This document shows, piece after piece, positions 13,401 through 27,401 of a DNA stretch of 64,000 nt; position 1 is the first letter of the stretch; each line of letters begins with the position of its first letter. The translations under genes and the position numbers were made by a program. Location: assembly GCA_964057225.1 (NCBI GenBank), contig OZ059900.1, forward strand, positions 1,984,001 to 2,048,000, given 5' to 3'. Source of the stretch: Auanema rhodensis (Eukaryota > Animalia > Nematoda). Under the pieces are notes generated by a model. The model was given only the letters and a program-made list of their open reading frames with translations. It made no database searches and was not told where the DNA came from.

Positions 13401-16400
13401 TTTTTATGCCTTTAACACCATATACTCACCGATTTTTGGTACAAAATCTGTAATACTCGTAAATTTTGATCATATTCGGTGAGATTCGAGAATCAAACAC
13501 ACAATACACGAAATAAGTTTATTTTGACGAGTTTGAACTGGTATTCATTCATTTTGATCAAAAAAGGTCGAAAATAGAAAGAATTTTTGAAATTTCCGAG
13601 TTTTGAGTCTAATTTGGCTAAATCGCTCATATATATGATCAGAAGCATAGTTTTATTGTCTATGACAACAAAAATCATCAATTAAACGCTAGTGATGTTT
13701 AAATACTGAATTTCGCTCAAATAGCATTACTACACTAAGTATGGTCGTTTTTATGCCTTTAACACCATATACTCACCGATTTTTGGTACAAAATCTGTAA
13801 TACTCGTAAATTTTGATCATATTCGGTGAGATTCGAGAATCAAACACACAATACACGAAATAAGTTTATTTTGACGAGTTTGAACTGGTATTCATTCATT
13901 TTGATCAAAAAAGGTCGAAAATAGAAAGAATTTTTGAATTTTCCGAGTTTTGAGTCCAATTGGGCTAAATCGCTCATATATATGATCAAAAGCATAGTTT
14001 TACTGTCTATGATAACAAAAGTCTTCAAATATACACTAATAATGATTGAATCACTGAATTTCACTCAAATAGCATTACTACACTAAGTATGGTCGTTTTT
14101 ATGCCTTTAACACCATATACTCACCGATTTTTGGTACAAAATCTGTGATACTCGTAAATTTTGATCATATTCGGTGAGATTCGAGAATCGAACACACAAT
14201 ACACAAAATAAGTCTATTTTTACGAGTTTGCACTGATATTTATTCATTTTGATCAAAAAAGGTCGAAAATAGAAAGAATTTTTGAAATTTCCGAGTTTTG
14301 AGTCTAATTTGGCTAAATCGCTCATATATATGATCAAAAGCATAGTTTTACTGTCTATGATAACAAAAGTCTTCAAATATACACTAATAATGTGTAAATC
14401 ACTGAATTTCACTCAAATAGCTTTACTACACTAAGTATGGTCGTTTTTATGCCTTTAACACCATATACTCACCGATTTTTGGTACAAAATCTGTAATACT
14501 CGTAAATTTTGATCATATTCGTTAAGATTTGAGAATCAAACATACAATACACAAAATCAGTCTATTTTTATGAGCTTGCACTGATATATATTCATTTTGA
14601 TCAAAAAAGGTCGAAAATAGAAAGAATTTTTGAATTTTCCGAGTTTTGAGTCCAATTGGGCTAAATCGCTCATATATATGATCAAAAGCATAGTTTCACT
14701 GTCTATGATAACAAAAGTCTTCAAATATACACTAGTAATGATTAAATCACTGAATTTCACTCAAATAGCTTTACTACACTAAGTATGGTCGTTTTTATGC
14801 CTTTAACACCATATACTCACCGATTTTTGGTACAAAATCTGTAATACTCGTAAATTTCGATCATATCCGTTAAGATTCGAGAATCAAACACACAATACAC
14901 AAAATAAGTTTATTTTTACGAGTTTGCACTGATATTTATTCATTTTGATCAAAAAAGGTCGAAAATAGAAAGAATTTTTGAATTTTCCGAGTTTTGAGTC
15001 CAATTGGGCTAAATCGCTCATATATATGATCAAAAGCATAGTTTCACTGTCTATGATAACAAAAGTCTTCAAATATACACTAGTAATGATTAAATCACTG
15101 AATTTCACTCAAATAGCTTTACTACACTAAGTATGGTCGTTTTTATGCCTTTAACACCATATACTCACCGATTTTTGGTACAAAATCTGTAATACTCGTA
15201 AATTTCGATCATATCCGTTAAGATTCGAGAATCAAACACACAATACACGAAATAAGTTTATTTTTACGAGTTTGCACTGATATTTATTCATTTTGATCAA
15301 AAAAGGTCGAAAATAGAAAGAATTTTTGAATTTTCCGAGTTTTGAGTCCAATTTGGCTAAATCGCTCATATATATGATCAAAAGCATAGTTCTATTGTCT
15401 ATAACAACAAAAGTCTTTAATTAAACGCTAGTGATGTTTTAATACTGAATTTTGCTCAAATAGCATTACTACACTAAGTATGGTCGTTTTTATGCCTTTA
15501 ACACCATATACTCACCGATTTTTGGTACAAAATCTGTAATACTTGTAAATTTTGATCATATTCGTTAAGATTCGAAAATCAAACACACAATACACGAAAT
15601 AAGTTTATTTTTACAAGTTTGCACTGATATTTATTCATTTTGATCAAAAAAGGTCGAAAATAGAAAGAATTTTTGAAATTTCCGAGTTTTGAGTCTAATT
15701 TGGCTAAATCGCTCATATATATGATCAGAAGCATAGGTGTATTGTCTATGACAACAAAAGTCATTAATTAAACACTAATGATGTTTAAATCACTAAATTT
15801 CGCTCTAATAGCATTACTACACTAAGTATGGTCGCTTTTATGACTTTAACACCATATACTCACCGATTTTTGGTACAAAATCTGTAATACTCGTAAATTT
15901 TGATCATATTCGTTAAGATTTGAGAATCAAACACACAATACACAATATCAGTCTATTTTTATGAGCTTGCACTGATATATATTCATTTTGATCAAAAAAG
16001 GTCGAAAATAGAAAGAATTTTTGAAATTTCCGAGTTTTGAGTCCAATTTGGCTAAATCGCTCATATATATGATCAAAAGCATAGTTCTATTGTCTATAAC
16101 AACAAAAGTCTTTAATTAAACGCTAGTGATGTTTTAATACTGAATTTTGCTCAAATAGCATTACTACACTAAGTATGGTCGTTTTTATGCCTTTAACACC
16201 ATATACTCACCGATTTTTGGTACAAAATCTGTAATACTTGTAAATTTTGATCATATTCGTTAAGATTCGAAAATCAAACACACAATACACGAAATAAGTT
16301 TATTTTTACAAGTTTGCACTGATATTTATTCATTTTGATCAAAAAAGGTCGAAAATAGAAAGAATTTTTGAAATTTCCGAGTTTTGAGTCTAATTTGGCT

Positions 16401-18780
16401 AAATCGCTCATATATATGATCAAAAGCATAGTTTCACTGTCTATGATAACAAAAGTCTTCAAATATACACTAGTAATGATTAAATCACTGAATTTCACTC
16501 AAATAGCATTACTACACTAAGTATGGTCGTTTTTATGCCTTTAACACCATATACTCACCGATTTTTGGTACAAAATCTGTAATACTTGTAAATTTTGATC
16601 ATATTCGTTAAGATTTGAAAATCAAACACATAATACACGAAATAAGTCTATTTTTATGAGTTTGCACTGATATTTATTCATTTTGATCAAAAAAGGTCGA
16701 AAATAGAAAGAATTTTTGAAATTTCCGAGTTTTGAATCCAATTGGGCTAAATCGCTCATATATATGATCAAAAGCATAGTTTTATTGTCTATGATAACAA
16801 AAGTCTTCAAATATACACTAATAATGTGTAAATCACTGAATTTCACTCAAATAGCTTTACTACACTAAGTATGGTCGTTTTTATGCCTTTAACACCATAT
16901 ACTCACCGATTTTTGGTACAAAATCTGTAATACTCGTAAATTTTGATCATATTCGTTAAGATTTGAGAATCAAACATACAATACACAAAATCAGTCTATT
17001 TTTATGAGCTTGCACTGATATATATTCATTTTGATCAAAAAAGGTCGAAAATAGAAAGAATTTTTGAAATTTCCGAGTTTTGAGTCTAATTTGGCTAAAT
17101 CGCTCATATATATGATCAAAAGCATAGTTTTACTGTCTATGATAACTAAAGTCTTCAAATATACACTAATAATGTGTAAATCACTGAATTTCACTCAAAT
17201 AGCTTTACTACACTAAGTATGGTCGTTTTTATGCCTTTAACACCATATACTCACCGATTTTTGGTACAAAATCTGTAATACTCGTAAATTTTGATCATAT
17301 TCGTTAAGATTTGAGAATCAAACATACAATACACAAAATCAGTCTATTTTTATAAGCTTGCACTGATATATATTCATTTTGATCAAAAAAGATCGAAAAT
17401 AGAAAGAATTTTTGAAATTTCCGAGTTTTGAGTCCAATTTGGCTAAATCGCTCATATATATGATCAGAAGCATAAGTGTATTGTCTATGACAACAAAAGT
17501 CATTAATTAAACACTAATGATGTTTAAATCACTAAATTTCGCTCTAATAGCATTACTACACTAAGTATGGTCGTTTTTATGCCTTTAACACCATATACTC
17601 ACCGATTTTTGGTACAAAATCTGTGATACTCGTAAATTTTGATCATATTCGTTAAGATTTGAAAATCAAACACACAATAAACAAAATCAGTCTATTTTTA
17701 TGAGTTTGCACTGATATATATTCGTTTTGATCAAAAAAGGTCGAAAATAGAAAGAATTTTTGAATTTTCCGAGTTTTGAGTCCAATTGGGCTAAATCGCT
17801 CATATATATGATCAGAAGCATAGATGTATTGTCTATGACAACAAAAGTCATTAATTGAACACTAATGATGTTTAAATCACTGAATTTCGCTCAAATAGCA
17901 TTACTACACTAAGGATGGTCGTTTTTATGCCTTTAACACCATATACTCACCGATTTTTGGTACAAAATCTGTGATACTCGTAAATTTTGATCATATTCGT
18001 TAAGATTCAAAAATCAAACACACAATACACGAAATAAGTTCATTTTTACGAGTTTGCACTGATATTTATTCATTTTGATCAAAAAAGGTCGAAAATAGAA
18101 AGAATTTTTGAAATTTCCGAGTTTTGAGTCTAATTTGGCTAAATCGCTCATATATATGATCAAAAGCATAGTTTTATTGTCTATGACAACAAAAGTCATC
18201 AATTAAACGCTAGTGATGTTTAAATACTGAATTTCGCTCAAATAGCATTACTACACTAAGTATGGTCGTTTTTATGCCTTTAACACCATATACTCACCGA
18301 TTTTTGGTACAAAATCTGTAATACTCGTAAATTTTGATCATATTCGTTAAGATTTGAGAATCAAACATACAATACACAAAATCAGTCTATTTTTATGAGC
18401 TTGCACTGATATATATTCATTTTGATCAAAAAAGGTCGAAAATAGAAAGAATTTTTGAAATTTACGAGTTTTGAGTCTAATTTGGCTAAATCGCTCATAT
18501 ATATGATCAAAAGCATAGTTTTATTGTCTATGACAACAAAAGTCATTAGTTAAACACTAATGATGTTTAAATCACTAAATTTCGCTCAAATAGCATTAGT
18601 ACACTAAGTATGGTCGTTTTTATGCCTTTAACACCATATACTCACCGATTTTTGGTACAAAATCTGTAATACTTGTAAATTTTGATCATATTCGTTAAGA
18701 TTCGAGAATCAAACACATAATACACGAAATAAGTCTATTTTTATGAGTTTGCACTGATATTTATTCATTTTGATCAAAAA
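4076..18780. repeat. Large duplication: about 4076-10440 repeated at about 12799-18780 (offset 8343 bp = 24 monomers; 8723 bp upstream of the extra monomer and insertion)
   Basis: ORF pairs 7236/15579, 7931/16274, 8279/16622, 8648/16991 and 9671/18014 are offset by 8343. Pairs 3995/12718, 5384/14107 and 5834/14557 are offset by 8723. Shared private variants include GGTCGCTTTTATGAC, ATAGGTGTATT and GCATTAGTAC. Confidence 0.92.
6806..6837. other. Unique 32-bp insertion GCCAAATTGGACTTTTTTTTGGACAATTTTTT within one monomer, with no flanking bases lost
   Basis: The normal TTTTTGGTA|CAAAATCTG is split at this point. The ORF offset 6509 to 7236 is 727, against 695 for the paralogous 14884 to 15579, a difference of 32. 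Confidence 0.95.
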
Positions 18781-21700
18781 AGGTCGAAAATAGAAAGAAT
18801 TTTTGAAATTTCCGAGTTTTGAGTCTAATTTGGCTAAATCGCTCATATATATGATCAAAAGCATAGTTTTATTGTCTATGACAACAAAAGTCATCAATTA
18901 AACGCTAGTGATGTTTAAATCACTGAATTTCACTCAAATAGCTTTACTACACTAAGTATGGTCGTTTTTATGCCTTTAACACCATATACTCACCGATTTT
19001 TGGTACAAAATCTGTAATACTCGTAAACTTTGATCATATTCGTTAAGATTTGAGAATCAAACATACAATACACAAAATCAGTCTATTTTTATAAGCTTGC
19101 ACTGATATATATTCATTTTGATCAAAAAAGGTCGAAAATAGAAAGAATTTTTGAAATTTCCGAGTTTTGAGTCTAATTTGGCTAAATCGCTCATATATAT
19201 GATCAAAAGCATAGTTTTACTGTCTATGATAACAAAAGTCTTCAAATATACACTAATAATGTGTAAATCACTGAATTTCACTCAAATAGCTTTACTACAC
19301 TAAGTATGGTCGTTTTTATGCCTTTAACACCATATACTCACCGATTTTTGGTACAAAATCTGTAATACTCGTAAATTTTGATCATATTCGTTAAGATTTG
19401 AGAATCAAACATACAATACACAAAATCAGTCTATTTTTACGAGTTTGCACTGATATATATTCATTTTGATCAAAAAAGGTCGAAAATAGAAAGAATTTTT
19501 GAAATTTCCGAGTTTTGAGTCTAATTTGGCTAAATCGCTCATATATATGATCAAAAGCATAGTTTTATTGTCTATGACAACAAAAGTCGTCAATTAAACG
19601 CTAGTGATGTTTAAATACTGAATTTCGCTCAAATAGCATTACTACACTAAGTATGGTCGTTTTTATGCCTTTAACACCATATACTCACCGATTTTTGGTA
19701 CAAAATCTGTAATACTCGTAAATTTTGATCATATTCGTTAAGATTTGAGAATCAAACATACAATACACAAAATCAGTCTATTTTTATGAGCTTGCACTGA
19801 TATATATTCATTTTGATCAAAAAAGGTCGAAAATAGAAAGAATTTTTGAAATTTCCGAGTTTTGAGTCTAATTTGGCTAAATCGCTCATATATATGATCA
19901 AAAGCATAGTTTCATTGTCTATGACAACAAAAGTCGTCAATTAAACGCTAGTGATGTTTAAATACTGAATTTCGCTCAAATAGCATTACTACACTAAGTA
20001 TGGTCGTTTTTATGCCTTTAACACCATATACTCACCGATTTTTGGTACAAAATCTGTAATACTCGTAAATTTTGATCATATTCGTTAAGATTTGAGAATC
20101 AAACATACAATACACAAAATCAGTCTATTTTTATGAGCTTGCACTGATATATATTCATTTTGATCAAAAAAGGTCGAAAATAGAAAGAATTTTTGAAATT
20201 TCCGAGTTTTGAGTCTAATTTGGCTAAATCGCTCATATACATGATCAGAAGCATAGTTTCATTGTCTATGACAACAAAAGTCATCAATTTAACGCTAGTG
20301 ATGTTTAAATACTGATTTTCGCTCAAATAGCATTACTACACTAAGTATGGTCGTTTTTATGCCTTTAACACCATATACTCACCGAGTTTTGGTACAAAAT
20401 CTGTGATACTCGTAAATTTTGATCATATTCGGTGAGATTCGAGGATCGAACACACAATACACGAAATAAGTTTATTTTTACGAGTTTGCACTGATATTTA
20501 TTCATTTTTATCAAAAAAGGTCGAAAATAGAAAGAATTTTTGAAATTTCCGAGTTTTGAGTCTAATTTGGCTAAATCGCTCATATATATGATCAAAAGCA
20601 TAGTTTTATTGTCTATGACAACAAAAGTCATCAATTAAACGCTAGTGATGTTTAAATCACTGAATTTCACTCAAATAGCTTTACTACACTAAGTATGGTC
20701 GTTTTTATGCCTTTAACACCATATACTCACCGATTTTTGGTACAAAATCTGTAATACTCGTAAACTTTGATCATATTCGTTAAGATTTGAGAATCAAACA
20801 TACAATACACAAAATCAGTCTATTTTTATAAGCTTGCACTGATATATATTCATTTTGATCAAAAAAGGTCGAAAATAGAAAGAATTTTTGAAATTTCCGA
20901 GTTTTGAGTCTAATTTGGCTAAATCGCTCATATATATGATCAAAAGCATAGTTTTACTGTCTATGATAACAAAAGTCTTCAAATATACACTAATAATGTG
21001 TAAATCACTGAATTTCACTCAAATAGCTTTACTACACTAAGTATGGTCGTTTTTATGCCTTTAACACCATATACTCACCGATTTTTGGTACAAAATCTGT
21101 AATACTCGTAAATTTTGATCATATTCGTTAAGATTTGAGAATCAAACATACAATACACAAAATCAGTCTATTTTTACGAGTTTGCACTGATATATATTCA
21201 TTTTGATCAAAAAAGGTCGAAAATAGAAAGAATTTTTGAAATTTCCGAGTTTTGAGTCTAATTTGGCTAAATCGCTCATATATATGATCAAAAGCATAGT
21301 TTTATTGTCTATGACAACAAAAGTCGTCAATTAAACGCTAGTGATGTTTAAATACTGAATTTCGCTCAAATAGCATTACTACACTAAGTATGGTCGTTTT
21401 TATGCCTTTAACACCATATACTCACCGATTTTTGGTACAAAATCTGTAATACTCGTAAATTTTGATCATATTCGTTAAGATTTGAGAATCAAACATACAA
21501 TACACAAAATCAGTCTATTTTTATGAGCTTGCACTGATATATATTCATTTTGATCAAAAAAGGTCGAAAATAGAAAGAATTTTTGAAATTTACGAGTTTT
21601 GAGTCTAATTTGGCTAAATCGCTCATATATATGATCAGAAGCATAGTTTTATTGTCTATGACAACAAAAGTCATTAGTTAAACACTAATGATGTTTAAAT

Positions 21701-21836
21701 CACTAAATTTCGCTCAAATAGCATTACTACACTAAGTATGGTCGTTTTTATGCCTTTAACACCATATACTCACCGATTTTTGGTACAAAATCTGTAATAC
21801 TTGTAAATTTTGATCATATTCGTTAAGATTCGAGAA
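10713..21836. repeat. 5-monomer block 10713-12450 repeated at 20099-21836 (offset 9386) and partly at about 18800-19850
   Basis: ORF pairs 10734/20120, 10979/20365 and 11429/19078/20815 match. The variant TAAACTTTGATC occurs three times, and ACCGAGTTTTGG twice. Confidence 0.85.
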
Positions 21837-22451
21837 TCAAACACATAATACACGAAATAATTCTATTTTTATGAGTTTGCACTGATATTTATTCATTTTG
21901 ATCAAAAAAGGTCGAAAATAGAAAGAATTTTTGAATTTTCCGAGTTTTGAGTCCAATTGGGCTAAATCGCTCATATATATGATCAAAAGCATAGTTTTAC
22001 TGTCTATGATAACAAAAGTCTTCAAATATACACTAATAATGATTTAATCACTGAATTTCACTCAAATAGCATTACTACACTAAGTATGGTCGTTTTTATG
22101 CCTTTAACACCATATACTCACCGATTTTTGGTACAAAATCTGTGATACTCGTAAATTTTGATCATATTGGGTGAGATTCGAGAATCAAACACACAATACA
22201 CGAAATAAGTTTATTTTTACGAGTTTGCACTGATATTTATTCATTTTGATCAAAAAAGGTCGAAAATAGAAAGAATTTTTGAAATTTCCGAGTTTTGAGT
22301 CTAATTTGGCTAAATCGCTCATATATATGATCAAAAGCATAGTTTTACTGTCTATGATAACAAAAGTCTTCAAATATACACTAATAATGTGTAAATCACT
22401 GAATTTCACTCAAATAGCATTACTACACTAAGTATGGTCGTTTTTATGCCT

Positions 22452-24470
22452 TTAACACCATATACTCACCGATTTTTGGTACAAAATCTGTGATACTCGT
22501 AAATTTTGATTATATTCGGTGAGATTCGAGAATAAAACACACAATACACGAAATAAGTTTATTTTTACGAGTTTGCACTGATATTTATTCATTTTGATCA
22601 AAAAAGGTCGAAAATAGAAAGAATTTTTGAAATTTCCGAGTTTTGAGTCTAATTTGGCTAAATCGCTCATATATATGATCAGAAGCATAGTTTTATTGTC
22701 TATGACAACGAAAGTCATTAATTAAACACTAATGATGTTTAAATCACTAAATTTCGCTCAAATAGCATTACTACACTAAGTATGGTCGTTTTTATGCCTT
22801 TAACACCATATACTCACCGATTTTTGGTACAAAATCTGTAATACTCGTAAATTTTGATCATATTCGTTAAGATTTGAGAATCAAACATACAATACACAAA
22901 ATCAGTCTATTTTTATGAGCTTGCACTGATATATATTCATTTTGATCAAAAAAGGTCGAAAATAGAAAGAATTTTTGAAATTTACGAGTTTTGAGTCTAA
23001 TTTGGCTAAATCGCTCATATATATGATCAGAAGCATAGTTTTATTGTCTATGACAACGAAAGTCATTAATTAAACACTAATGATGTTTAAATCACTAAAT
23101 TTCGCTCAAATAGCATTACTACACTAAGTATGGTCGTTTTTATGCCTTTAACACCATATACTCACCGATTTTTGGTACAAAATCTGTAATACTCGTAAAT
23201 TTTGATCATATTCGGTGAGATTCGAGAATCAAACACACAATACACGAAATAAGTTTATTTTGACGAGTTTGCACTGATATTTATTCATTTTGATCAAAAA
23301 AGGTCGAAAATAGAAAGAATTTTTGAATTTTCCGAGTTTTGAGTCCAATTGGGCTAAATCGCTCATATATATGATCAAAAGCATAGTTTTACTGTCTATG
23401 ATAACAAAAGTCTTCAAATATACACTAATAATGATTTAATCACTGAATTTCACTCAAATAGCATTACTACACTAAGTATGGTCGTTTTTATGCCTTTAAC
23501 ACCATATACTCACCGATTTTTGGTACAAAATCTGTGATACTCGTAAATTTTGATTATATTCGGTGAGATTCGAGAATAAAACACACAATACACGAAATAA
23601 GTTTATTTTTACGAGTTTGCACTGATATTTATTCATTTTGATCAAAAAAGGTCGAAAATAGAAAGAATTTTTGAAATTTCCGAGTTTTGAGTCTAATTTG
23701 GCTAAATCGCTCATATATATGATCAGAAGCATAGTTTTATTGTCTATGACAACGAAAGTCATTAATTAAACACTAATGATGTTTAAATCACTAAATTTCG
23801 CTCAAATAGCATTACTACACTAAGTATGGTCGTTTTTATGCCTTTAACACCATATACTCACCGATTTTTGGTACAAAATCTGTAATACTCGTAAATTTTG
23901 ATCATATTCGTTAAGATTTGAGAATCAAACATACAATACACAAAATCAGTCTATTTTTATGAGCTTGCACTGATATATATTCATTTTGATCAAAAAAGGT
24001 CGAAAATAGAAAGAATTTTTGAAATTTACGAGTTTTGAGTCTAATTTGGCTAAATCGCTCATATATATGATCAGAAGCATAGTTTTATTGTCTATGACAA
24101 CGAAAGTCATTAATTAAACACTAATGATGTTTAAATCACTAAATTTCGCTCAAATAGCATTACTACACTAAGTATGGTCGTTTTTATGCCTTTAACACCA
24201 TATACTCACCGATTTTTGGTACAAAATCTGTAATACTCGTAAATTTTGATCATATTCGGTGAGATTCGAGAATCAAACACACAATACACGAAATAAGTTT
24301 ATTTTGACGAGTTTGCACTGATATTTATTCATTTTGATCAAAAAAGGTCGAAAATAGAAAGAATTTTTGAATTTTCCGAGTTTTGAGTCCAATTGGGCTA
24401 AATCGCTCATATATATGATCAAAAGCATAGTTTTACTGTCTATGATAACAAAAGTCTTCAAATATACACT
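22452..24470. repeat. 3-monomer higher-order repeat (1044 bp), about 2 copies
   Basis: ORF pairs 22452/23496 and 23229/24273; variants GATTATATTC, GAATAAAAC and ACAACGAAAG. Confidence 0.88.
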
Positions 24471-25315
24471 AATGATGTGTAAATCACTGAATTTCACTCA
24501 AATAGCTTTACTACACTAAGTATGGTCGTTTTTATGCCTTTAACACCATATACTCACCGATTTTTGGTACAAAATCTGTAATACTCGTAAATTTTGATCA
24601 TATTCGTTAAGATTTGAGAATCAAACATACAATACACAAAATCAGTCTATTTTTATGAGCTTGCACTGATATATATTCATTTTGATCAAAAAAGGTCGAA
24701 AATAGAAAGAATTTTTGAAATTTCCGAGTTTTGAGTCTAATTTGGCTAAATCGCTCATATATATGATCAAAAGCATAGTTTCACTGTCTATGATAACAAA
24801 AGTCTTCAAATATACACTAATAATGTGTAAATCACTGAATTTCACTCAAATAGCTTTACTACACTAAGTATGGTCGTTTTTATGCCTTTAACACCATATA
24901 CTCAACGATTTTTGGTACAAAATCTGTAATACTCGTAAATTTTGATCATATTCGTTAAGATTTGAGAATCAAACATACAATACACAAAATCAGTCTATTT
25001 TTATGAGCTTGCACTGATATATATTCATTTTGATCAAAAAAGGTCGAAAATAGAAAGAATTTTTGAAATTTCCGAGTTTTGAGTCTAATTTGGCTAAATC
25101 GCTCATATACATGATCAGAAGCATAGTTTTATTGTCTATGACAACAAAAGTCATCAATTAAACGCTAGTGATGTTTAAATACTGATTTTCGCTCAAATAG
25201 CATTACTACACTAAGTATGGTCGTTTTTATGCCTTTAACACCATATACTCACCGATTTTTGGTACAAAATCTGTAATACTCGTAAATTTTGATCATATTC
25301 GGTGAGATTCGAGAA

Positions 25316-27401
25316 TCAAACACACAATACACGAAATAAGTTTATTTTTACGAGTTTGCACTGATATTTATTCATTTTGATCAAAAAAGGTCGAAAATAG
25401 AAAGAATTTTTGAAATTTCCGAGTTTTGAGTCTAATTTGGCTAAATCGCTCATATATATGATCAAAAGCATAGTTTTATTGTCTATGACAACAAAAGTCA
25501 TCAATTAAACGCTAGTGATGTTTAAATACTGAATTTCGCTCCAATAGCATTACTACACTAAGTATGGTCGTTTTTATGCCTTTAACACCATATACTCACC
25601 GATTTTTGGTACAAAATCTGTAATACTCGTAAATTTTGATCATATTCGTTAAGATTTGAGAATCAAACATACAATACACAAAATCAGTCTATTTTTATGA
25701 GCTTGCACTGATATATATTCATTTTGATCAAAAAAGGTCGAAAATAGAAAGAATTTTTGAAATTTACGAGTTTTGAGTCTAATTTGGCTAAATCGCTCAT
25801 ATATATGATCAGAAGCATAGTTTTATTGTCTATGACAACAAAAGTCATTATTTAAACACTAATGATGTTTAAATCACTAAATTTCGCTCAAATAGCATTA
25901 CTACACTAAGTATGGTCGTTTTTATGCCTTTAACACCATATACTCACCGATTTTTGGTACAAAATCTGTAATACTTGTAAATTTTGATCATATTCGTTAA
26001 GATTCGAGAATCAAACACATAATACACGAAATAAGTCTATTTTTATGAGTTTGCACTGATATTTATTCATTTTGATCAAAAAAGGTCGAAAATAGAAAGA
26101 ATTTTTGAATTTTCCGAGTTTTGAGTCCAATTGGGCTAAATCGCTCATATATGTGATCAAAAGCATAGTTTTATTGTCTATGACAACAAAAGTCATCAAC
26201 TAAACGCTAATAATGTGTAAATCACTGAATTTCACTCAAATAGCTTTACTACACTAAGTATGGTCGTTTTTATGCCTTTAACAGCATATACTCACCGATT
26301 TTTGGTACAAAATCTGTAATACTCGTAAATTTTGATCATATTCGGTGAGATTCGAGAATCAAACACACAATACACGAAATAAGTTCATTTTTACGAGTTT
26401 GCACTGATATTTATTCATTTTGATCAAAAAAGGTCGAAAATAGAAAGAATTTTTGAAATTTCCGAGTTTTGAGTCTAATTTGGCTAAATCGCTCATATAT
26501 ATGATCAAAAGCATAGTTTTATTGTCTATGACAACAAAAGTCATAAATTAAACGCTAGTGATGTTTAAATACTGAATTTCGCTCAAATAGCATTACTACA
26601 CTAAGTATGGTCGTTTTTATGCCTTTAACACCATATACTCACCGATTTTTGGTACAAAATCTGTAATACTCGTAAATTTTGATCATATTCGTTAAGATTT
26701 GAGAATCAAACATACAATACACAAAATCAGTCTATTTTTATGAGCTTGCACTGATATATATTCATTTTGATCAAAAAAGGTCGAAAATAGAAAGAATTTT
26801 TGAAATTTACGAGTTTTGAGTCTAATTTGGCTAAATCGCTCATATATATGATCAGAAGCATAGTTTTATTGTCTATGACAACAAAAGTCATTAACTAAAC
26901 ACTAATGATGTTTAAATCACTAAATTTCGCTCAAATAGCATTACTACACTAAGTATGGTCGTTTTTATGCCTTTAATACCATATACTCACCGATTTTTGG
27001 TACAAAATCTGTAATACTTGTAAATTTTGATCATATTCGTTAAGATTCGAGAATCAAACACATAATACACGAAATAAGTCTATTTTTATGAGTTTGCACT
27101 GATATTTATTCATTTTGATCAAAAAAGGTCGAAAATAGAAAGAATTTTTGAATTTTCCGAGTTTTGAGTCCAATTGGGCTAAATCGCTCATATATATGAT
27201 CAAAAGCATAGTTTTATTGTCTATGACAACAAAAGTCATCAACTAAACGCTAATAATGTGTAAATCACTGAATTTCACTCAAATAGCTTTACTACACTAA
27301 GTATGGTCGTTTTTATGCCTTTAACACCATATACTCACCGATTTTTGGTACAAAATCTGTAATACTCGTAAATTTTGATCATATTCGTTAAGATTTGAGA
27401 A
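25316..27401. repeat. 3-monomer higher-order repeat (1043 bp), 2 slightly diverged copies
   Basis: ORF pairs 25316/26359 and 26011/27054. The variant CATCAACTAAACGCTAATAATGTG occurs at about 26194 and about 27237. Confidence 0.75.
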
